A DNA stretch of 64,000 nt. Origin: Perkinsus olseni (lineage: Eukaryota). The DNA is taken from positions 1 through 64,000 of the forward strand of contig JABANN010000057.1 of assembly GCA_013115125.1 (NCBI GenBank), read 5' to 3'. The notes below the pieces were generated by a model, which saw only the letters and a list, made by a program, of their open reading frames with translations, was not told the DNA's origin and ran no database searches. Position 1 is the stretch's first letter; every line of letters starts with the position of its first letter. The translations under genes and the position numbers were made by a program. This document shows positions 52,115 through 64,000 of the stretch, one piece after another.

Positions 52115-52371
52115 CAACGGAAGGTCACTCTGGTGATGGTGGCATCAACGCTGCCAACAGAGAACACGCTACCACCCACCAGCCAAGCCGGCTCACGCCA
52201 TTCGGACTACACCAGGCATCCACTCGATAATGAAACGATATGAATTGAAGCTGAAACTGTAGTCTGGCCATGCCCAGGTCGAATCAAGGGGCGGTGACGT
52301 CAGACTTCACATGAAATTAATAGTTCACAAAAGCAATGGTGTCCTATGCAAAATTGAACACCCCTGTCCAG

Positions 52372-53686
52372 CTACCGCGGGCTGATCTCCACCCCCAACA
52401 CTTCCTGCCGTACCAGCTCGTAAACGTAGAAGTTGATACCAACCGCCGGTATCACTTTAATTAGCTCGGGGATCTTGAAAAGAGAATTTACAGAAAGGAA
52501 GCTCACCACACTCTCCCCTTTACTACCAGTCCCCGATACAGGCCTCGGATCGACTCCGATTTGACGATCTCCCTGGCCACTGCCAAAAAACTGGGCGCCG
52601 CGACCCCCACGCACATCTGCTGCCGCCGACGTATAAGGTCCAGAGGGAATATGATCATTGATGCCGTAGAACCTAGAAAAGTAGCTCCTCACAGCACAGC
52701 GGATGAAAAGATACTACCCGCCATCGCACCGCACAGAAGGCTCGACAGCCAAGTGCCCCTCTGCTTGTCCGACGAGTTGAAGGAGCTCATGCCCAGCACT
52801 TGCCGGAATATCCATTTCTCTATCTCAATCGCCTTAACCTATACGACCATAAATCAGCACCGTCGGCCCATGGCGGTACTACCTGTAGCGTCTCGTATAT
52901 GGCAAAGTTGAGCGCTATGTTAAGGCCTTGGCACCATATGGTCACTCCTAGTCCTTTGAATAGAGAGCTCAGGCCTTCTGTCCGTGCGATTTCGCGAAGA
53001 GTTGGTATGATACCCCAATTCCGTATAGTGTCATTCGTAGCCAATCGGGTTCGGACCAAATCCAGCGGATACGTGACAACCTAGAGAGAAGTACGGCGCT
53101 CTCAATTGCCAACTAATCTCTCGAGATTTGGTGAAAAGTTGGTATGAGGATGCGTGGTAGCCCATCTCACGTTGGCAGCACATCCCCCCATAAACCCGGC
53201 AAGGAATCTGCAGGATATCCCCGGATCCGTGGGAGTAGACCAGTACGGCCGCATCAAGATTTTGGCTTTTTCGTAGACGTAATAGTTTATTGCACCATAG
53301 GGAAACTTGTGTATCACCGACACCAAGTTGCCTGAGGATTGAAGGTATCAAGGTCGATCCGTGCTAGATACAAATCAGGTCGTTGCGCGGCACCTTCCAC
53401 CGGTACTACCTCGCCACATACTAGCAACTCCCTCTTTCTCTAATATATTCTTCATCGTTCTATATATCGAGTCGTGTGAGTGTACAGTCTTGGAGGCCCC
53501 CATTGAACTCACCTAAGGCTTCAATCACAAGGTTCTTCTAACAAAGTCCCCTACCTGGTAGAGGATAGTCAGCCTGGACAGTGGAGCTGTGGCCGTCTTG
53601 GCCGTGGCACTACCACAGGACCCCCCTAGGAGGCTCGCCCATACCTTGTAGTCTGGCTGCGCGCTGCTGGTGCCACTGTTCGACAT
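52372..53686 (-). CDS. Mitochondrial carrier (SLC25) family protein
   Basis: TATAPLSRLTILYQ, GNLVSVIHKFPYGAINY, YPLDLVRTRLA, ELIKVIPAVGINFYVYE. Confidence 0.92.
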
Positions 53687-53822
53687 TGATAGCCTAGGGA
53701 CAGTCGCGAGAAGAATATCGCTTATCAACAAAAATCTTGCGTTCTTACATTTCCTCAACGCACGACAGCGCACATTGAATTGAGCGGACAGACATCTTCC
53801 ACAAGCGAATCTTTCTCCGCGA

Positions 53823-54636
53823 ATGACGTCGGCCCCGTCTTCACGTATTGAGGAGTCTCTTCCTTTCACGGACACTCGGTCTCGGGTGCTGGGGGTAGGA
53901 CTTCCCCTGTAGGAAGTGTGGAGGTGGTGTATCTTAGGTTGAAGATAGGACTTTAGGGACATTCAACGCTGGGGGACGACGATCCAGTAGTACCTTCAAA
54001 GGCCGCAACCCACAGGGCGAGTAAGGTCAGCAGCGTGCCGCATAGGGACCCACAGGAGCAGCAGATACGAAAGCAGCGAGCAGGCCCTTCCCAAGCACCA
54101 TGAGTGCTTCCCCTACACGGTGAAGGGTCAGCATATTCTACACTCCAGCTGCCAGGAAACCAGGGGGCCCGCCGAGGACCATCGCAAGGCCGGTGCCTTG
54201 CCCCGGAACATCAACGGTAGGTGCGGGTGCCCTAGGGACGAGCTGATTACGACGACGGCATCGAGCATCAATGTCGTTCGGCACCCTTTTGGAAAAGGGA
54301 GTCCTAGGCACCGGTTTGGGGTTAACCCGATTTCCCATGCTCTCGCTCGGTGTCTGGCATCTGGGCCGCTCTTAACTGTTACCTTGCAAGTCACACTGAG
54401 TTACTGACGACAGCGCTTCCTACGAATTGTTCATTGCTCACTATTCGCTGTCCATCGCGAAATCACCACAGGCACTCGAATCACTAAGCCTTGGCCATAT
54501 TGGTTTCTCTCCAGGTGACTGCACCATCAAGGATGATTTGAATATGTGGTACTACGGACACAATAGGAATTTCTATGGTGGCCATGTTGGCTCTTTCAAT
54601 ACAAAACTGTACCACCCAGAGGACATGCGACAGTAG
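53823..54636 (+). CDS. Small hypothetical multi-exon protein
   Basis: MTSAPSSRIEE start; plausible GT-AG exon chain to the last exon ...MWYYGHNRNFYGGHVGSFNTKLYHPEDMRQ*. Confidence 0.4.
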
Positions 54637-54732
54637 ACGTTAGCCGTTGTTCGAGATGGCTCTGTCTTTTTTGTTTTTAACCCAACCGACATCCCCTGTT
54701 CACCAAGCAGTTGTTAATCGAATTCTGTATCA

Positions 54733-56115
54733 ATGCATTCCTCATCTCTCCCGGTAGTGGACAGTTCAAAAGGCGCGCAGCCGAGCCGTCTGGCGGCCGG
54801 GGCGATGAAGGCTAGTGCATCGGTAGCTGATATTGGTAAGGATTATAGTGGAGGAGCACAGCAACGTTGTCTGGGAAAGAGTAGGACAGCTGTGCCACCA
54901 GCTTCCGTATGGAGCCAGTGAAAAACCAGGTGTATCTGCTCGGGAACTGGGTCTAGACTTCCTGCGGGCTCTCACTGAACAAAGCGGCCCTACGAGAGGC
55001 TTGGGGAGAACGAGGTGAGATGGGCGGTTCTGTCTCCTCCAGTTCATCACTCCGGGCCGAAGCGGCGTACTTTTAGCGAATGCCGCGGAATGATCGAGCT
55101 CACTCACTGTAGAGATGGAGAATACGCTCTGGGCGTTCAGATTCACTCCGTGGGGTCCTGGTCCGCCGAAAGCGGGCAGTACTCGCTGGCGACGGGATCT
55201 CAGATTGGAGAAGAAGTCCAGAATTTTCGAGTCGAGCGGGCATCCTGCAACGCAGTTCAAGAAGATGTACGAGCGAGGGGATCTCCCCGTTATGATCAAG
55301 CATGGTGAGCCGAAAAGACATTAGTGGTTGTGTGAAATTTTCTTACGATGAGCCTTCTGCCGGAGTCGAACCGACGACCTCCCGCTTACTAAGCGGGTGC
55401 TCTACCAACTAAGCTAAGAAAGCTTGTTGTTTGCGTATTCGAATCGTATCAGGTGCCAGGAGCTATCTAGAATGGAAAGTGCCAATATCTAAGCTCGACT
55501 ATCAGCATTTCCTGCCCGTGTTCGTCGATGGTATGAGAGAGAAGAGTGAACCGTAAGCGGCAAGACCAGCTCACAGCAAATAGCAGTTCATTTCAGATAC
55601 CGCTTCGTAGCTCGGGAGGGTTCCCTCACGCTCCTCCGAGAAGGAAACGAGGCCAAGATATTATCGGCAGTCCCACAGCTAGTAGCCCCACTCAAGCAGG
55701 CCTTGAACACGAGGGACCCGGATACTGTGGTGAGCCTTTGAGCGTATGGGTTCGATCACGGTTCTCCCACGTTTGAAGTAGGTAAACACCCTGCACGTGT
55801 TACAGCTGCTGGCTAAAACCTCCCCACTGGTCGGCGAGTCGTTAGTGCCCTATTATCGGCATCTCTTGCCGATTCTGAATATATTCAAGGCCAAGAAGCG
55901 GAATACGCGAGACTTGATGGACTATGCTCAGCGGAAACAGGATTGGAGAAATCTAGGTCCGACCGACCTTGTCTTGTCTCAAGCTCTGCGCTAAGACTCT
56001 GCCGACAGGTACTCTCATCGAAGAGACATTGAACGTGCTGGAGTCCACTGGGGGCGAAGATGCGTTCGTGAATATCAAGTACATGGTGCCCACATACGAG
56101 AGCTGTGTCTATTGA
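54733..56115 (+). CDS. PACRG: Parkin co-regulated gene protein family (axonemal inner junction)
   Basis: [58 protein letters not shown]. Confidence 0.92.
55351..55423 (-). tRNA. tRNA-Thr (anticodon AGT)
   Basis: GCTTTCT acceptor stem, TAGCTTAGTTGGTAGAGC D arm, CCCGC-TTAGTAA-GCGGG anticodon arm, GGTTCGACTCC T arm; 73 nt. Confidence 0.96.
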
Positions 56116-56406
56116 ATTCGAATGAGAACCATGAAACGTCCGACAAAACTTGTTGTTCTTTTGATGTGCAACTTTGAGAAGGCTTGTGTGAGTCTTCTTT
56201 GGCGGAGTGGGGTTCGACCGTTTTCCTAATATATCGTTTTTGCCGCATCAAACCAATTATCGATGACGTACTCACTCGTAACAGTGGAATTGTACAGCCC
56301 TGTACAAGTGAACGCATGAGCTCTCCCGTGGACTTCACAACACAACATGACTAGGTTCTCGATAGCTATGAAACTCACTCGGTATCTTGACACTACCGCT
56401 GGAATC

Positions 56407-58468
<2,062 letters not shown>

Positions 58469-58848
58469 GCTTAGAACTACTCAAATAAAGGATGGGAAAG
58501 TAAAGGGTGAAAAAACCTACGCCGAGCAGGATATCGCTCCGCGCAAGCTCCCGAGCACAAGCCCTCGATCCTGGAGAAACACCGTCTAGACCGGCAAATT
58601 GATCGTGTCCACCACCGCACGTCAGTCGGAGAAAAAGGAGGTTCAAGCAGCGAAGCAGTCCTCTTGGGAGAATAAAAATGATACTGACCTCGTGGGGTCG
58701 CCACAAACATAGCGACGGGTCGGCCCCTATTGCTCGGCTATGTTACAACACTCTCTGTGATCGAAAATAACAGGACAGATACGACAGGGGGGCCACATTA
58801 AATAAAGGGCTTGGACACTTACGTAGTGAGGATGAAAAGGGGCCTTGA

Positions 58849-60255
58849 CTATACTATCTCCATAACAGGGTCATATCTGTCGACAAGCCCTCCAGCAGCG
58901 GTGCTCTGACTCGACCCTCCCGAGCTCTCGCGTCTACTCCCATTGCTATCCGGAAACCTATCCGCCTCATCTACGTAACTGCGAAGCAGACCACAGTCAG
59001 CCAGACGTTGCCACAGTAAGAAGAGGCTCACCTATTGAAGGTCATGGTGCCCATACTCACACTGGCCATGCTTCGGCTCGTTTTGAATCTAGCCTGAGAG
59101 TGAATGAGCTCTCGGCTCCGGACCTGAAATCATGCACCAAGCGAATTGAAGAAGACTTGTCCAACAGCCTACCTCCGAGAGCATCTCCTCCTGATGAGCG
59201 CGAAGCATCTTCGGCCACCACCTCCAGATATAGGTCTGAGAAAGCGGACTACCGATGGTCTCAGCAAACGCCCATTCTCACCTGGAAAAATAACACCAAC
59301 ACGAAGAGCACGAGGGCGATTATCGAATGCTTTAAACCGTATAAAAGGGCCCTGAAGGGAAAACAACGGTAGCCAAGTGAATGGCAGTGGAAACTCAGCA
59401 CAAGCTTACGCGCCGCAACCCAAGCCGCAAATGAGGCTCGTGGCGCTCGTGACGAACCAAAAGGCCGGCTCGCGGAAGAACATCCAGTAGCGACCCGACT
59501 TCAGATCCGCAACGAACCGGGGAAGCATAGGATAAGGAATCTAAGGCAATGACTGAGCCGGAGGCGGTGGCGGACGGGTAAGGACTACCTTATTGAATGC
59601 TAGACTACGAGCGTAGGATGCCGTAACACTACAGAGGGCAGACAGCCCCGAGAGGCTCATAAAAGTGACGTACATGGGAGCAACAACCATAGCATAACCT
59701 TCTGAACGCTCAAGCCAATCGACTGACGGAACCTGAGCAGCAACATGAACTTCACCTTCGACCACCGTCACATTACCATAAGCCCCGCGAAGGCGACTCC
59801 CATGAAGAGAGCGCTAGCTATTGCCAGCTGCTCAGAGTCATGAAGGAGCCTTTCTGACACCCACAATTGGGCCGGGCGCTGCGGAATACAGTCGTTGGCG
59901 AGCTCTATAACTTGCATCCAGCTCCTATAGAGTCACATCGTGAGGACACGCTGTAGTACCATCTGCCTTACCCAAAGCTGAAATCATCAAGGTTGGGACT
60001 GACCCTCGTTATAGCCGATTGAGTTGCTAATAGAACCGACCTTCGCCTGAGAGAGAGGCCCTGAATTCACTTGCGGGCAGGGCAGCAGTACCGTCCTAAA
60101 GCCTTGTCCTGCTCAGAGTCGGCTGCTATCGAGTCCCCCGACCCGCCGCTCTCGAGGCCCCTATTGCCCGCTTCTCCCGTGTTCTCGATCGGGGGAGTAG
60201 GTGGGGTACCGGTCCGTCGGGGAGGCGCCAGTCGTGGCTTCGACGGCAGGGACAT
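58849..60255 (-). CDS. Hypothetical multi-exon membrane protein (may begin at an upstream exon near 60643)
   Basis: P-rich N-terminus and hydrophobic exons (LALFMGVAFAGLM, YAMVVAPMYVTFMSLSGLSAL). Confidence 0.5.
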
Positions 60256-60314
60256 TAAAAACTCTACCGCAACCGGCTGATCCTGAGCGGGGCCGTTCGA
60301 TAGTGGAAGTAAAG

Positions 60315-60587
60315 TAGCGCATCCAGTTCCTTCTCACAAGACCTCAGTACTAGGCCCACTATGGGCGATACCCGAGCTTATCCCAGGACCGTACTCCTAG
60401 GCACGGCCCTCACGACGCTGCTGGTAAGCCGGGTCAAATCACGCTTCACCCCCCAATCAGTAAGCGCCAAGTCTCACTATTAACTCTTCGCTCGGCCCCG
60501 GCGGGAACAAGAGTTACAGTCACCGGGGATAGATCCGGGGACCTTCAGATTACCCATGTCATAATAATCTCGCTCTGGCGCGCGCTA
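60315..60587 (-). ncRNA. Candidate structured RNA with a pseudoknot, class unknown
   Basis: At least eight stems, including end-to-end pairing; several stems are completed by G-U pairs only on the minus strand. Confidence 0.55.
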
Positions 60588-60680
60588 AACCAAATCAATA
60601 GCTTAGGTGCATGACTGCCACACAGAGCAGCGACCTCCAGCATCTCCCGCAGTTGATTAAAAGCTTTCTATCTTACTAAA

Positions 60681-61385
60681 ATGGTTCGCATGGCAGCTGA
60701 TGTGTCCCAGGACTGGAACCCCGTGGTTCTCAGCAAGGGCCGGCCGAAGAACCCCGCCAGCAGAACTGCTGTGAACGACGCCAGGAGGTACCACAAACTA
60801 CCCTGCTCGTGCGTCGGATAGTAACCGTCATTCGCCTCAGGACCGGTCAAGGCGTTGAAGTGACGGCCAAGTGGCGCGGTGGACAGAACATGAGCACCAA
60901 GGAGGGACTTCCTGCCAACGCCGCCAAGCTTGATCAGGACAATGCTGTAAGATGGTTAGGTGGTGTACAGTATACCTGAGTGATTCTCAGGAGCGCTCCC
61001 AGGATTGAATTTGACCCGTACAAGACGATCCTGGCAGTGCTCCTGAAACCAATGGGAGGTCTATTGAATACCCGGTTAGATTCCGTTGGAATGATCTTAT
61101 CACTGGGCTTGTAGGTGTACAAGCATGCCCACATCAGCACGGAGTTCCGACACGCCCTGCAGCAAGCCAGGCTCGCCAAGAAGATGAGCCAGGCTGACCT
61201 TGCCAAGGCCATCAACGAGAAGCCTAGCGTCATTAATGAGTATGACTTCGGTCCCATCTGCCGCTGGGTTACGACTTCCTTTCTCTAGGTACGAGTCCGG
61301 TAAGGCAATCCCCAACGGTGCCATCGTGAGCAAGCTCAACAGGATTCTCGGCAGCCGTCTCCCCAGGGCTAAGGCCTCCAACTAA
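60681..61385 (+). CDS. MBF1: Multiprotein bridging factor 1
   Basis: QDWNPVVL...AAKLD...[38 protein letters not shown]. Confidence 0.95.
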
Positions 61386-61791
61386 CTCGGTTCTAAGAGG
61401 TCTGTTAAGCGGAGGTGACCTCCTTGTGGGTCCCGGCTCCAAACTGTACAGTTTCTATCATTATTGAGAAGCGATAAATGACGCTTACGAAGGCTCCCAA
61501 CATTCACCTCTGAAGGCACCTTAGTACGCTCTTCTCTGATACCCCCGCTCTTGCGTTGCTGCACAGTACTACCGTTAATAGCCACGGCAGTTGCATGAGG
61601 TTTGATGGCGAGTAAAGAGTCAGCGGGTCCTTACCTGCCCGTTTTTATCGAACCTCCTAGCCCCGAGGGCACCATCGCGAGCGAAGCTCCCAGGCCCAAG
61701 GGCATCACCGTTCGAGAGCTCCTGGTCATCCACCATACTGCCAGGTGAGCACTGAGGCCCCCTCTAACTGCTGTGATGGTAGTAGTAGGTT

Positions 61792-62524
61792 CATGAGGAT
61801 CCACGGCGATCAAACGGAGATAGCCTGTCGGCTGAACCCCGCGATGGAAGCCTACGTCCCCTTCCTCTCGCCCGAGCATCCCTATTATGCATACTATTCG
61901 TACTGCTGTAATTCGATACCAGCGTTGAAACCACAGGCGTAGGTACGTTAAGAGGTACAACTTGACGCTCAGCAAGGCCCTCGACGCCACGCCCGCGTAC
62001 GAGTGTCTGCTGCCACCTGGATGGAAGGAACGAGATGCCCAGCTGTGAGTCCTCCAGCCCAGCCGCGTCTGAGTAATCCCTCTCCCAAGAAGGAGTACCT
62101 TTCCGCTGTGCCTGGCGCGTCGACCCTCAACCAGCCATCGAAAGCGGCGAGGTAACGCTGGGCAGCGATAAGCGCATTAGGATGGTCTTCTGGCAGGTCA
62201 GAACAGAGTCCGTCCGAACCTGGCTCAGTGAGCATGAGCCTCACCTCGAGGAGCGCCGGGGATACGACTAGACTGCAGTTGCCTCACGATTCCTCGCTCG
62301 CTGTAGCATTTAGCAGCCAGGACTCGGACGATGAGGGAAAGATGAGCAACGGCGGGATGGTATCTTAGGTCGAACCCCGGCCGAAATGGAACGACTAGTC
62401 CATTTGGTATCAATTAGCAGCTTCCTGTCTCACTACCACTGTTGAGCTAACCGGGTGAGGGGTCGTCTAATCGCAACCCATTGGCGTACAGATTGACTCC
62501 AACCAACTCTAACAAATCTTCCAT
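61792..62524 (-). CDS. Hypothetical multi-exon protein
   Basis: MEDLLELVGVNLYANGLRLDD start; exons FDLRYHPAVAHL.. and DLPEDHPNALIAAQRY..; 3' end approximate. Confidence 0.45.
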
Positions 62525-62529
62525 CGAAA

Positions 62530-64000
62530 TCATGAAACGTCAACAGCCTCAGAAACGTCAATTCGCAAGTCTATGAGGAAGAGGCCGGCGGCCACCGTCT
62601 CGCTCACGACCGGCATGCCCATCTGCAGCTGCAAGACCATGCCGACTTCCGAGTGGCTTCGACCGATCCCTGCCCGCGGCGTCCCCACCTCTGCCTTCCT
62701 CAGCTCTCGCAGCGTCTCGAGAGGGAGTGCTTCCAGATTTTTGACACCAGAGCTGAGGAGCGCCCCGAGAACTTGTCGACAGCCGGCCTTATCGAGATGA
62801 CCTAAACCTCCCAACAGCGTCCTAGGCAGCACGCCCGTCGCCATAGCAACAGCATGAGCCGCAATTGCGAGTGTTTCGCCGCGTGCACGGGTCGACCTAT
62901 GATTCCTCGCGACCTCCATTACGCTGCTCACCAGCCCTCTCCAAAGCGGGACAGCACGGTGAGCCAAATCCAGCCGCACGAAAGCATTGAGGCAAGTGTC
63001 CAGTTGCTGTACCGAATTACCCCAGCTGACGCGCTCCCAATTAGCCTGACCGAGTAGGTCCATCAGCGCTTTCTGCGGTATGAAGTCCAGAAGCGCCAAA
63101 GCGTTGAGCAGCGCCGTCATTGGCCTCGCGTCGCCGTTCACCGGGGCCATCTTCGACACTAGCAACGGCACGGCAGCACTGGCGAAGTCGATTGCCTTGC
63201 CGTGGTTGCATCTTGCCAGGCCCAGAAGGAACATAGCCAGCTGACCACTCGACAACCCTTGCTTCATCAGTCTGGGCTCGCCTTGCAGCATCTCCACCAC
63301 CGTCGAAAGGAACTCCTCGGCTCTGCCTCTCTGGCTGTCTGTGGGCCGACCTTCCGTCAGGTAAGACGCGATATCCGGTGAGAGCATAGCGATGAGCTGA
63401 GTGTGCTTGGCAAGAGCTCCCATGCGACTCGAGAGCGTACCAATCACCACTGACTCAAGGAACTCCCAGTCATAGTACCCAACCTTGGCCATGGCATGGA
63501 GCCCGTACACAGCATCTTTAGCAGACTTACTTCGGCACTCGGCCAAGCGTTTCGACCCACTCTCGAACACAGCACGCGCCATCGAGAGAGGCATCTCGAG
63601 GTCGGCAAAGGCGCCCCACACCAGACAGATGGCCTGACCGTCGAACTCGGCAGTTCGAGCCGAAACCACCGCGGCCAGGCGAGCCATGAACTCCACCGAC
63701 GGCCGACCGCCAGCCTTGACAATACCGTGACAGAAAAGAGAAACGTCCTGCGGTGTCCAGCTGGCGATATCGGTAGACTGTCCCTCAGCCCAGAGGAGGA
63801 CGGCCTGTACAAAATCTGCATCGGTGAAGCTCAATTTCACCATGGCATTGAGTGATTGTGTCGCCACTCGACTCAGACTGGAACCATCTTTCCGACGAAG
63901 AAGTTCCGTAACCCGCTTGCTGAGCCTCTTAAGGACTGCTCTGTCATTAATTTTGAGGCGCGCGAAGGCATTCAAGACTATCGCGCAATCAACTCCGGTA
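62530..64000 (-). CDS. Helical-repeat (HPR/OPR/FAST-like) protein with a partial RAP-like end; 5' end lies outside the window
   Basis: Uninterrupted ORF of more than 480 aa with repeats such as WTPQDVSLFCHGIVK, FDGQAICLVWGAFADL, LSSGQLAMFLLGLARC; ends HSEVGMVL...E...FLIDL. Confidence 0.7.
   Translation of the reverse strand, partial: TGVDCAIVLNAFARLKINDRAVLKRLSKRVTELLRRKDGSSLSRVATQSLNAMVKLSFTDADFVQAVLLWAEGQSTDIASWTPQDVSLFCHGIVKAGGRPSVEFMARLAAVVSARTAEFDGQAICLVWGAFADLEMPLSMARAVFESGSKRLAECRSKSAKDAVYGLHAMAKVGYYDWEFLESVVIGTLSSRMGALAKHTQLIAMLSPDIASYLTEGRPTDSQRGRAEEFLSTVVEMLQGEPRLMKQGLSSGQLAMFLLGLARCNHGKAIDFASAAVPLLVSKMAPVNGDARPMTALLNALALLDFIPQKALMDLLGQANWERVSWGNSVQQLDTCLNAFVRLDLAHRAVPLWRGLVSSVMEVARNHRSTRARGETLAIAAHAVAMATGVLPRTLLGGLGHLDKAGCRQVLGALLSSGVKNLEALPLETLRELRKAEVGTPRAGIGRSHSEVGMVLQLQMGMPVVSETVAAGLFLIDLRIDVSEAVDVS

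Noticed and set aside
60997-61036. SECIS-like UGA/GA hairpin in the MBF1 intron
   Set aside because: The upper helix is too short, the site is intronic, and MBF1 has no in-frame TGA.

Overview
Compact, GC-rich, intron-dense eukaryotic DNA with many ~35-60 nt GT-AG introns, so most six-frame ORFs are exon fragments or antisense shadows. Gene content (ApiAP2 factor, Mei2-like protein, RAP/HPR-like protein, flagellar genes) and intron style suggest a perkinsid alveolate (Perkinsus-like); this is an inference. Bases 1-6300 are repeat-rich: a ~570-bp tandem array, an ORF with 45-bp repeats, and a Mutator-like MITE with a 10-bp TSD. About 12 co-oriented + strand genes follow at 6.5-44 kb: two macrodomain/PARG-like paralogs, importin alpha, PAM2 protein, COPI-associated protein, centrin, a degenerate dynein heavy chain, AP2 factor, ERCC1, Mei2-like and IFT81. 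Then come FYVE-lipase, FCP1, a mitochondrial carrier, PACRG, RPT2, MBF1 and a RAP/HPR-like gene. Most notable: (1) a dynein heavy chain with a degenerate AAA1 site and no stalk/MTBD; (2) two tandem intronic C/D guide RNAs complementary to U5 snRNA (U85-like, Cm45); (3) a ~275-nt pseudoknotted candidate ncRNA; (4) long introns that repeatedly fold back on themselves; (5) an antisense tRNA-Thr inside a PACRG intron. Gene models and RNA pairings were assembled by eye, so boundaries are approximate where stated.
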